Part shown: positions 29,490 to 37,897 of the stretch, piece after piece
Layout of the letters: each line of letters begins with the position of its first letter
Position numbering within the stretch: position 1 is the stretch's first letter
Source of the DNA: Cenarchaeum sp.
Lineage (GTDB): Archaea; Thermoproteota; Nitrososphaeria; Nitrososphaerales; Nitrosopumilaceae
Direction: 5' to 3'
Assembly (NCBI GenBank): GCA_965242695.1
Contig: CBDESU010000002.1
Span: 1,280,001-1,344,000, forward strand
DNA length: 64,000 nt
Program-made: the position numbers and the translations under genes
The notes under the pieces: model-generated
Database searches by the model: none
Seen by the model: the letters and a program-made list of their open reading frames with translations, nothing else
What the model was told of the DNA's origin: nothing

Positions 29490-30722
29490 TCAGCCGCCCG
29501 AGACGAGGACGAGCACGACGGGTCCCCTCGATGCGAGCGGCGAGTTGTCGCTGTCCCACACGAACGTCTCGACAAAGTACAGGCCCTCCTCGTCCGGAGT
29601 CCACTCGACGGACGGCGACGCCGTCCCCGGCCCGTCGAACCTGCCGCCGCTGGACCCGAGGAACTCGACGGACGGCGAGTCGCCCGACCTCTTTACCTGG
29701 ACGTAAAAGGTGTACTCCTGCGCGCCCTCCTGCGCCGACGGCAGGGACTCGAGGGACAGGTCGCCGGCGACGACGAGCGGCGATCCCTCCCTGCCGCCCT
29801 GCACGCGGTTGCCGTCGGCGTCGGACAGGTGGGCGCCGCCGATTGTGACGCGGCGCGACACGGGGTCGGCCTGCGCAATGGGCACGTCGGCGGTGTTCGA
29901 GCTGGCGCCGGGCGACTCGGCGAACAGGTGCACGCCGTCGGCGCGCACGAGCAGCGCATCGTCGATGGAGAACTCGGCCGATGCGCCGGCCTCCAGGGGG
30001 CCCTCCAGGGCGGCCGATGCGTGGCGGAGCAGCCGCGGCGGGTCGAACGCGTCGTACTGGAGCATGTGGATTGTGACGTGGCCCTCGGCGGGCGAGCCGG
30101 GGGGCGCTGCGTTCGAGATCGTCCCTGCCACGGCGAGCCTGTCGGCGCGCGGGCCCTCTTCGTCCCCGCCGCCCTGCGCCGCGACGGCCGCAGTTCCACC
30201 GACTGCCAGCGTGCGCGGCTTTTCGTCGGCATAGTTGAAGCCGAGGATCGTCACTGTGGCGTCGGTAATGGCCGCGCTCGGACTCTCCGAGGATATCGCA
30301 AAGGGAGCGGTCCCGCCGGCGGGCACGACGCCTGCCAGGGTCGTGCCGATCGCCGTCTCGACCGGCTCGTCGCCGGATGCGCCGTAAAAGCCGACCCTGA
30401 CCTTTACGCCCGAGACGGCAAACGAGTTGGTGTTGACGACCTGCCCGACGACGGATGTCCGGCCCTCGCTGTCCTTGTAGTGGTGCGGCGGCGTGTCCGC
30501 AAGGCGGACGCCGAGGGTAGGCAGCGTGTCGGCGGCCTGCGCCCAGGCGCCGGCGATTGCGCCGGGCCCGCCGGCCGCAAAGCCGTCCCCCGTGCCGGCG
30601 CCCGGCGCGGGCGCCTCCCACGCCGCCGGCGCCCACGCGCCGGCCAGTGCCGCCGCGGCGCAGCCTGCGGCAAGGACCGCCGCGAGCGGGATCCGCCGGC
30701 CTGTGTGCGCGCCTCCCACCAT
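29490..30722 (-). CDS. Secreted protein with FxLYD-like Ig domains
   Basis: Signal peptide; 'VVGQVVN..VKVRVGFYG..VPAGGTAPF'; C-terminal 'WTPDEEGLYFVETFVW'. Confidence 0.75.
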   Translation of the reverse strand: MVGGAHTGRRIPLAAVLAAGCAAAALAGAWAPAAWEAPAPGAGTGDGFAAGGPGAIAGAWAQAADTLPTLGVRLADTPPHHYKDSEGRTSVVGQVVNTNSFAVSGVKVRVGFYGASGDEPVETAIGTTLAGVVPAGGTAPFAISSESPSAAITDATVTILGFNYADEKPRTLAVGGTAAVAAQGGGDEEGPRADRLAVAGTISNAAPPGSPAEGHVTIHMLQYDAFDPPRLLRHASAALEGPLEAGASAEFSIDDALLVRADGVHLFAESPGASSNTADVPIAQADPVSRRVTIGGAHLSDADGNRVQGGREGSPLVVAGDLSLESLPSAQEGAQEYTFYVQVKRSGDSPSVEFLGSSGGRFDGPGTASPSVEWTPDEEGLYFVETFVWDSDNSPLASRGPVVLVLVSGG

Positions 30723-30803
30723 GGCCCCGCCAGTGCGCGGTGGTTAATTTGTATAGCGCACCCCGGGCGGGCCCAGGCCCCCAAACCGCGCCGCCCGCCG
30801 GCG

Positions 30804-31550
30804 TCACCTGCCAGGCGCCCGGGGCGCCGCGCCGATGCCGAGCTCGGCGCGCCAGTTGGCGTAGAACATCTCCATGTTCCGCCCGATGTCCGCCTCGGCC
30901 GCCGCCTCGCCGGCCCCGCCTCGGCCCCCCTCGGCGGCAAGCCATCCGCGCGCCGTCGGGCCGTCTGCCTCTAGGTGGAACTGCACCCCGACTGCGCTGC
31001 CAACGCGCAGCGCCTGGTTTGCGTACGATTCGGACCGGGCCAGCCGCACCGCGCCGTCCGGCAGGTCGAACGTCTCGCCGTGCAGGTGCAGGGCGCGGAA
31101 CGGATCGCCCATGCCGGCGAACATGCGCCTGCCCTCGAGGCCGACGGGGCGGAGGTCGCCGTAGTATCCTGCCTCCCGCACGCGCCCCCTGCGCACGGCG
31201 CCCCCGAACGCCCTTGCGATCAGCTGCGCGCCCAGGCACACGCCGAGCACGGGAATGCCGGCCCGCACGCACCCCCTGATCATTTCCTCCTCGGCGCGCA
31301 GGGCGGGCAGCGGATCGTTTGCGCTCTCCGGCGCGCCGAGCACGACGAGGACGTCGCCCCAGCCCAGGTCTCCGGCGCCCCCGCCGGCCGCTGCTGTTGC
31401 TGCCGCCGCCGCCAGGCCCGCAAGCCTCCCGTCATTCTCCCATGCGCGCACGACATCGATGCTGTACCCGTCGGCGCCGAGCAGGGCGGTCAGGCGGCCG
31501 GGGCCCTCGGCGGCCGAGTTTTGCAGCACGACGGCCCTGCGGGGATGCAC
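30804..31550 (-). CDS. Type 1 glutamine amidotransferase domain protein
   Basis: 'PVLGVCLGAQL' nucleophile elbow; 'GVQFHLE' His-Glu. Confidence 0.9.
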   Translation of the reverse strand: MHPRRAVVLQNSAAEGPGRLTALLGADGYSIDVVRAWENDGRLAGLAAAAATAAAGGGAGDLGWGDVLVVLGAPESANDPLPALRAEEEMIRGCVRAGIPVLGVCLGAQLIARAFGGAVRRGRVREAGYYGDLRPVGLEGRRMFAGMGDPFRALHLHGETFDLPDGAVRLARSESYANQALRVGSAVGVQFHLEADGPTARGWLAAEGGRGGAGEAAAEADIGRNMEMFYANWRAELGIGAAPRAPGR

Positions 31551-31631
31551 GCCAGTGCCCGCCGCCTGGCAGATAAAAGCGCCCGCATGCGCCGGCAGTA
31601 GCAGCGTCGGCGGGCGCCGCCGCGTAACTCC

Positions 31632-32906
31632 CTACGGCCAGACTCCCTTGTGCCTGTGCGCCTCTACGACGCTCTCGACGGCGACGACCATCGCGGCGCG
31701 CCTCATGTCGATCTTCTTGCCCTCGCACACCTTGTGGACCCCGTGGAAGCCGCCGGTAATATGCTCCTCCATCTTTTTTGCCACCTCGTCGAACCCCCAG
31801 TAGTAGCGCATGTTGTTCTGCACCCACTCTAGGTACGATATGCACACGCCGCCCGAGTTTGCAAGTATGTCGGGTATGTCGATAATGCCCTTTTCGTAGA
31901 TGATCGGGTCGGCCTCTGGCAGGACGGGCCCGTTGGCCGCCTCGGCGACGATCTTGCACCTGAGGTTCTCGGCGATCTTTGCGTCGATCTGGTTCTCTAG
32001 CGCGCCCGGCACGAGCACGTCGCAGTCGTACGTGAGGAGCTCTTCGGTGCTGATCTGCGAGCTGGACCCGTACCCGACGACCGTCCCCGTCCTCTTCTTG
32101 TGCTCTAGAATGTCGTCGACCCTGGCGCCGCCGGGGATCGATATCGACCCCTTCGAGTCGCTCGCGGCGACGACCGTCGCGCCCTCCTTCTCGAGGTACT
32201 TGCCGGCGTATATGGACGCGTTGCCGAACCCCTGCAGGGCCACCTTTGCGCCGCTCAGGCCGATGCCGCGGACCCTTGCCGCCTCCCTTACGCAGTACGC
32301 GGTGCCGAGGCCCGTCGCGACGTTCCTCGCAAGCGAGCCGCCCATGTCGATGAGCTTGCCCGTGATCACGCCGGGCATCTGCCTCTTGCCGTTGAGCTTG
32401 TTGTACACGTCCATGATCTGCACCATCTCGGTGCCCGTCGTGTACACGTCGGGGGCCGGAATGTCCTTTTCGGGGCCGATGATCTCGGCGATCTCGAACG
32501 CAAACCGCCTAGTGATCCGCTCCTTCTCGCCGGCGCTCAGGTTCTCCTTCTTGGGGTTGACGTACACGCCGCCCTTGCCGCCGCCGAGCGGGACGTCGAC
32601 TACGGCGCACTTCCACGTCATCCACGACGACAGGGCCATGACCTCGCGTTCCATGTAGGCGGGGCCGCCCTCTGGGTCAAAGTACCGTATGCCGCCCTTG
32701 TAGGGGCCGCGGTCGTTGTTGTGCTGGCTGCGGAACCCGATGAACATGCGCAACGTCCCGTCGTCCATCCTGACGGGTATCTTTACGCGCAGGATGCGGT
32801 TGGGCAGGGCAAGATAGTCGCGCGTCCCCTGGTCCTGGATGCCGAGTATGTCGCACGCGTCGTTGACCTGCTTTGTCGCGTTGTCAAACGGGTCGTTCCC
32901 TGCCAT
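31632..32906 (-). CDS. gdhA: Glutamate dehydrogenase (Glu/Leu/Phe/Val family)
   Basis: 'GPYKGGIR', 'MTWKCA..GGGKGG', 'DIPAPDV', 'QGFGN', 'EAANGP', 'SYLEWVQN'. Confidence 0.95.
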   Translation of the reverse strand: MAGNDPFDNATKQVNDACDILGIQDQGTRDYLALPNRILRVKIPVRMDDGTLRMFIGFRSQHNNDRGPYKGGIRYFDPEGGPAYMEREVMALSSWMTWKCAVVDVPLGGGKGGVYVNPKKENLSAGEKERITRRFAFEIAEIIGPEKDIPAPDVYTTGTEMVQIMDVYNKLNGKRQMPGVITGKLIDMGGSLARNVATGLGTAYCVREAARVRGIGLSGAKVALQGFGNASIYAGKYLEKEGATVVAASDSKGSISIPGGARVDDILEHKKRTGTVVGYGSSSQISTEELLTYDCDVLVPGALENQIDAKIAENLRCKIVAEAANGPVLPEADPIIYEKGIIDIPDILANSGGVCISYLEWVQNNMRYYWGFDEVAKKMEEHITGGFHGVHKVCEGKKIDMRRAAMVVAVESVVEAHRHKGVWP

Positions 32907-33078
32907 ATGCCGGCGCGCCTAACATGGCGGTTATAAGTGATCCTATGGGGGGATCCGCCCGCGCGGGGGGGGGGGTGCGGGGAACGAGGCGCCGCCGCCG
33001 CGGGCGCCCGTCACGGCAGGGGCAGGATGGGGGGGGGGCGCGGGAGCGTGGGATGGGCAGAGGGCGGAGCCTGCCTCG

Positions 33079-33501
33079 CTAGTAGTAGACCCGGCGCACC
33101 CTTGACCGGGCCTGGAGCTTTTCGATGACTTGGTCTAGCGCGCGGATGTTGTGCTCTAGCATGTCCGAGACGCGAAAGACGGCCCCGTACCCGTCGCCGG
33201 CCCTGGCCACGAGGCTGTTCTTCCGCATGACCTGCAGGTGGCGCTGCACCGACTTGTAGTCCATGCCCATCGAGCCTGCGAGCTGGTGCGTGTTGCGCGG
33301 CGCATCGAGGAGGATCATGACGATGCGCAACCTCGTAAACCCGCCTGCGGTGCCGGCGAACAGGTGCATGAGCAGGCGCCGGACGTGCCTGTCCGTCCGC
33401 CCCTCCATGGGGTCGCCCATGCGGCCTATCCTGTCCCTGAACTCTACGAGCTGCCCAGAGTCGAGCCTAGCCGGCGAGATCAACGCCGTGTAGGACGGCA
33501 C
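33079..33501 (-). CDS. Winged helix-turn-helix (ArsR-like) transcriptional regulator
   Basis: 'GGFTRLRIV..PRNTHQLA..DYKSVQRHL..GYGAVF'. Confidence 0.8.
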   Translation of the reverse strand: MPSYTALISPARLDSGQLVEFRDRIGRMGDPMEGRTDRHVRRLLMHLFAGTAGGFTRLRIVMILLDAPRNTHQLAGSMGMDYKSVQRHLQVMRKNSLVARAGDGYGAVFRVSDMLEHNIRALDQVIEKLQARSRVRRVYY

Positions 33502-33596
33502 GGTTCCTTATAAGCATTTGCCCATGTCTCCGGGGCCGGCCCCCTCAGAGCATGCCCCTGCTACCCTTAAATCTGCCCGCCGGCGCGGGCCGCCGC

Positions 33597-34364
33597 ATGA
33601 TGGCGTCGCGGGGGTACGACATGACCCCGACCATGTACTCGCCCGACGGCCGGATATACCAGGTCGAGTATGCGATCGAGACCGTCAAGCGGGGCACCCT
33701 GGCAGTCGGGGCTAGGTCGAAGGAGGGCGTCGTCGTGGCAGTCGAGGAAAAGCCCCTGCGCCTGCAGACGTCAAAGACGACGCAAAAGATATTCCAGGTC
33801 GACAGGCACATCGGCATAGCGGCGGCGGGGTACACGCCCGATGCGCGCGTGCAGGTCGACAACGCGCGGTACTTTTCGCAGGGGACGCGCATGACGTACG
33901 ACGAGCCCGTAGAGGTCGAGACGGTCGCAAAGCACCTTGCCGACCAGTGCCACCAGTTCACGCAGTACTCGGGGGTGCGCCCGTACGGCGTGTCCCTCAT
34001 CGTGGCCGGGGTCGACGCAAAGGGCGAGCGCCTGTTCGTGACCGACCCGAGCGGCACGTTCGTCCCGTACTCGGCCGTCGCGATAGGAGCCGGCTCGGAC
34101 GAGGCCAACTCGTTCCTGGAGGCCAGGTACGACCCGGGCATGGGCATCGAGGACGCCTCGGTGCTCGCAGTCGCCGCCATCGCCCTCAAGGCGAAGAGGA
34201 CGGGGGCGGCGGGGCACGGCTCTAGCGAAGATGCGGCGGCGCAGGCCTCGTCCAACATTAGGATGGCGCGGGTGCGGCCTGGCGGCGACGACCTCGAGTT
34301 CATCGCCGACGGCGGCCTAGAGGGGTACGCAAAGGCGGCGCTTGAAAAGTACGGGCGCGACTAG
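33597..34364 (+). CDS. psmA: Proteasome subunit alpha
   Basis: 'GYDMTPTMYSPDGRIYQVEYA', 'VRPYGVSLI', 'TDPSG'. Confidence 0.95.
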   Translation: MMASRGYDMTPTMYSPDGRIYQVEYAIETVKRGTLAVGARSKEGVVVAVEEKPLRLQTSKTTQKIFQVDRHIGIAAAGYTPDARVQVDNARYFSQGTRMTYDEPVEVETVAKHLADQCHQFTQYSGVRPYGVSLIVAGVDAKGERLFVTDPSGTFVPYSAVAIGAGSDEANSFLEARYDPGMGIEDASVLAVAAIALKAKRTGAAGHGSSEDAAAQASSNIRMARVRPGGDDLEFIADGGLEGYAKAALEKYGRD

Positions 34365-34466
34365 CGGCAGCGCGGCCCGCGCCCTTGGCGGCGCATTGCG
34401 TGCGGCGGCGCAGGGCAAGGCAGGGCAAGGCAAGGCAAATACGGCCCGCGCGCCGGCGCGGCGCGC

Positions 34467-35183
34467 ATGGGGCTGGGGGATCAGTGGGCAGGCGTGATCG
34501 ACGTCCTCAGCCAGATCATACCCGTGTACGACCGCGTAAACTCATACATCTCGCTCGGACGCGACGCCGAGCACCGGCGGCGCGGCATATCGGGGCGCGT
34601 CTCGGCCGGCGACCGCGTGCTCGACGCGGGGTCGGGGTTTGGCAACATGTCGGCCGCGGCGTCGGCACTGTGCGGCGGCCGCATCGAGGTTACGATGTGC
34701 GATCCGCTCGTGCCGATGCTCGAGCGCGCCGGCTGCCTGGCAGGAGGGCAGGGCGCCGCGGATGCCGCCGCCCCTACACCGCGCCGCTCGTGCGGCGTGT
34801 TTGAGCACATGCCCTTCCGCAGCGGGCAGTTTGATGCCGTCCTGTGCGGCTACTCGCTGCGCGATGCGATCCGCTTGCGCGCCGCGATCGCCGAGCTCCA
34901 CCGCGTCCTCAAGGACGGCGGCCGGCTCGTCGTAGTCGACCTCGGCAAGCCGGACAACCGGCTCGTCAGGGCAGGCGTGGCGGCGTACCTGCGCCTCCTT
35001 CTCCCCGTCGTGGCCCTTGCCGCCGGCGGCCGGCTGGGCCTCAAGTTCGGCGCGCTGTACGGCACGTTCAGGCGGTGGCCGGCCAACGCGCGGCTCGAGG
35101 GGCTGCTCTTGGAGCGGTTCTCCCGCGTAGAGTTCGAGACTGACCTGATGGGCGGCGCAATAATGGTCGCCGCGTACAAGTGA
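34467..35183 (+). CDS. UbiE/MenG-family SAM methyltransferase
   Basis: 'YDRVNSYISLG', 'VLDAGSGFG', 'MPFRSGQFDAV', 'ELHRVLKDGG'. Confidence 0.85.
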   Translation: MGLGDQWAGVIDVLSQIIPVYDRVNSYISLGRDAEHRRRGISGRVSAGDRVLDAGSGFGNMSAAASALCGGRIEVTMCDPLVPMLERAGCLAGGQGAADAAAPTPRRSCGVFEHMPFRSGQFDAVLCGYSLRDAIRLRAAIAELHRVLKDGGRLVVVDLGKPDNRLVRAGVAAYLRLLLPVVALAAGGRLGLKFGALYGTFRRWPANARLEGLLLERFSRVEFETDLMGGAIMVAAYK

Positions 35184-35201
35184 GGCGCCGCGCGGGATGC
35201 G

Positions 35202-35627
35202 TCAGCAGACGCCGGCCATGACCTCGGCCAGGTCGTCGCGGTCGTACTTGACGCGGTCGCCGTCCGGCTCGGTGCACAGGTAGGCGCTCGTAGCATCGCC
35301 GGTGTCGGCGTTGTACTCGATGATGAGGCTGTCGGTCTCGAAGACGCTGCCGTCCTCGTCTATGGCGCGAAGCTCGTACTGGTAGTGGGGGGGCAGGATG
35401 CTGATCGTGTCCTCCATGTAGTCCGGGTACAGCCTCTTGAACTCGACTGACTCTGGGTACGCGCCGAGCCTTTCGGCCACCTCGTCGCTGCTCGTTTCGA
35501 CCTGCGCCGCGTCGCCGCCGAACTCGATGGTGAAGTCGAGGGCCGCCATGAGGAACGCGAGTGCCAGCGCTATTACCACCGCGATGCCGATTGCGACCCC
35601 GACGAGTATCTTTACGGCCGTTCCCAA
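35202..35627 (-). CDS. Membrane-anchored acidic hypothetical protein
   Basis: TTG start at 35627, N-terminal TM helix (ILVGVAIGIAVVIALALAFL), TATA ~25 nt upstream; the remainder of the 493-aa track ORF is a shadow. Confidence 0.7.
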   Translation of the reverse strand: MGTAVKILVGVAIGIAVVIALALAFLMAALDFTIEFGGDAAQVETSSDEVAERLGAYPESVEFKRLYPDYMEDTISILPPHYQYELRAIDEDGSVFETDSLIIEYNADTGDATSAYLCTEPDGDRVKYDRDDLAEVMAGVC

Positions 35628-36180
35628 CGGGGGCGCGCGCCGCCGGGCCGTATATAACGCTTGATTGGGGCGCGCGATCCGGGCCGCCGCCCGGCCCGGC
35701 AGTCTGGCCGCTGCCCTGCGATTCCTCCCGGTGCCGGCAAGGTGGCCAAAGGGACACGCCCTTTGCAAGCGGCGCCCCGGAGGGAGGCAGGCAGGGCCCT
35801 GTTCGGCGCAGGAACGCCGGGCGCGCTTCCAGCAACAGCGGCGACGGTGCAGATGCCGCATTGGCGGCCGCCGCCGGGCCGCGCCGGCCGGGCCGCTGCG
35901 CGCCATGGCCCGCTGCGCGCCGGCATGCGGCCAAGGGGCTGCCTGCCTGCCCGAGCCCGTGCAGGGCTGCGGCGCGGCGGCGGGTCGCGGATGCTTGGGG
36001 GACGCCGGCCGCGTGAGGATCCGGCCGCCCAGGAGTCGGGGCCGCCCGCGGGCGCGGGCGCCGGCACGGGGGCGGCCCTTCAGGGCCGGCCTCGCAGGAG
36101 GACCGGCTTGCGGAGCCGCGGCCTGGGCGTGCGGGCGCCGCGCCGGTGGGATTAATACGCCGAGCCGCCCGTTGCGCGGC

Positions 36181-36594
36181 ATGCCGTACGGGCACGCCCT
36201 CAACGTGGCAGGAACCGAGTGGATCATCATCGTGTTCGCCGTACTTGTGCTCATACTCGGCACCAACAAGCTGCCCGAGGCGGCCAAAAAGTTCGGCCGC
36301 GCCGTAAACGAGTACAACCGCGCAAAGGAGGGCGTCAGGGACCAGGTCCAGAGCATGGCTGGCGGGACGGCCGGCAGCGGCAAGGGCGGCGGCCCGGGCA
36401 CCGTCAGGGTCGCCGGCCCCGTCGGGACCGAGAGGGAAAAGCTAGAGGCCATATGCGACTCGCTCGGCATAGGGCATGCCGGCAGGACGGACGACGAGCT
36501 GCGCAGCCTTGTTGCCGAGCGCATGGGGGCCGGCACGGCAGGGGGGTCCGCGCCCCCGGCGGGCTCTGGCTCGAGCCAGGGCGGCGCGGCCTGA
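36181..36594 (+). CDS. tatA: Twin-arginine translocase TatA/E family subunit
   Basis: 'GTEWIIIVFAVLVLILGTNKLPEAAKKFGRAVNEY'. Confidence 0.9.
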   Translation: MPYGHALNVAGTEWIIIVFAVLVLILGTNKLPEAAKKFGRAVNEYNRAKEGVRDQVQSMAGGTAGSGKGGGPGTVRVAGPVGTEREKLEAICDSLGIGHAGRTDDELRSLVAERMGAGTAGGSAPPAGSGSSQGGAA

Positions 36595-37413
36595 CTAGAG
36601 CCGCTGCTGCCGGCCCCCGCCAGGCCCCCGCGCGCCGCCGGCCGCCCCGGCGCCCCCTTCTTCCTCCAGCCTGCGCCCTGCAAACTCGTAGTACTTTTTG
36701 GACACCTCGAACCCCATGTAGCGCCTGCCCATGCGCTTGGAAACGACGGCGACCTGGCCCGAACCGAGGAACGGGTCGAGCACCAGGTCCCCCTCGACGC
36801 TAGAGTAGGCGAGTATCTTGGCGACGACCTCTGTGGGCAGCTTTGTCGGCGTCTTTTCGCTGCCCCTCCAGTACTCGCGCTTTATGTCCCACACGTCCTC
36901 CTTGTCCCTGTAGTGGAGGCTCCCGCCGGACGCACTCCTCTCGCCCTTTTCGAACCTGGCGTACGGGTAGAACCTCCTCTTTGCGGGGTCCTTGCAGACG
37001 TACGGGCAGTGGTAGTGCGACGTCACGTACTTTGTCTTTGTGACGACGCCGAACTGGTACTTCCAGATTATGTGGTTGACGGTCTCGAACCCCGTGTCGT
37101 CGAGCGCGGCAAGGACGTCCTTGAGGTTATTCCACCCCGAGAATACGTACATGCTGCCCGAGTCCTTGAGCACCCTGTGCGCCTGCCGCATCCACGCCGA
37201 GGTGAAGTCGTAGTACCCGCCGGCGCTGACCTCGCCGTACCCCTCGAGCACGAGCGAGGCGGTGCGGTTGTAGTTGGCCCTTGCGGCGCCGAACCCGATG
37301 GCGAACGGCGGGTCGGTGACGATCAGGTCGACGGTCGAGTCGCCGACTGCGCCCATGCCGCGTATGCAGTCCTCGTTGTATATGGCGTCGGGCCGCGCCG
37401 GGCTCTTGGGCAC
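36595..37413 (-). CDS. Orphan DNA methyltransferase, beta class (N4-C/N6-A)
   Basis: 'EDCIRGM..VDLIVTDPPF' (motif IV) precedes 'PTKLP' and 'VLDPFLGSG' (motif I); no adjacent endonuclease gene. Confidence 0.9.
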   Translation of the reverse strand: MPKSPARPDAIYNEDCIRGMGAVGDSTVDLIVTDPPFAIGFGAARANYNRTASLVLEGYGEVSAGGYYDFTSAWMRQAHRVLKDSGSMYVFSGWNNLKDVLAALDDTGFETVNHIIWKYQFGVVTKTKYVTSHYHCPYVCKDPAKRRFYPYARFEKGERSASGGSLHYRDKEDVWDIKREYWRGSEKTPTKLPTEVVAKILAYSSVEGDLVLDPFLGSGQVAVVSKRMGRRYMGFEVSKKYYEFAGRRLEEEGGAGAAGGARGPGGGRQQRL

Positions 37414-37611
37414 GGGCGCCGCCCGGCCGCCTTCCCTAATAACCGTCGGATGCACCGCGCGGGGGGGAGGGGGGCGATGCCCGCCCGTGCGCGGCCCGGC
37501 GGGGCGGTGGTGGATCCGCGGCTGGGGGGGGGGACGGCGGCAGGGCGGGCCGCGGGCGGCCCAGCGCTGCGTCAAATAAAGGCGGCCTCGGCCGCGGGGC
37601 GGTAGCCGGAG

Positions 37612-37800
37612 CTACTTGATCTTTGCCTTTGCCTTTTCGGCCTCTGCCTTTTCTTCCTTGAGGTGGTCCTTGAGAAGCTGCTCGTGCTCCTTCTTGTGGT
37701 CGGTGTAGGCTTTGTTGGCGGCCTGCTTCGTCTTTGCGGCCTTGAGGTCGGCCTTGAACTTTTTGTGGCTTGCCGCCACTAGGGAGGTATAGCTTGCCAT
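37612..37800 (-). CDS. Small Lys/Ala-rich helical protein (62 aa)
   Basis: MASYTSLVAASHKKFKADLKAAK...; ATG at 37800, strong AAG/GCC codon bias, TATA-like TTATCTA upstream. Confidence 0.75.
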   Translation of the reverse strand: MASYTSLVAASHKKFKADLKAAKTKQAANKAYTDHKKEHEQLLKDHLKEEKAEAEKAKAKIK

Positions 37801-37897
37801 GCCGGGGGGCGCCGGGGGTTGTAGATAACTCTGCCGCCGGGCCTCGGCGGCCGCCCCGGGCCCAAGCAATAAATCGCGCCGCCCCCATGCGGCAGCG

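Noticed and set aside
34410-34440. GGCAA/GGCAG pentamer run upstream of the UbiE-like gene
   Set aside because: Short, imperfect microsatellite with no supportable function.
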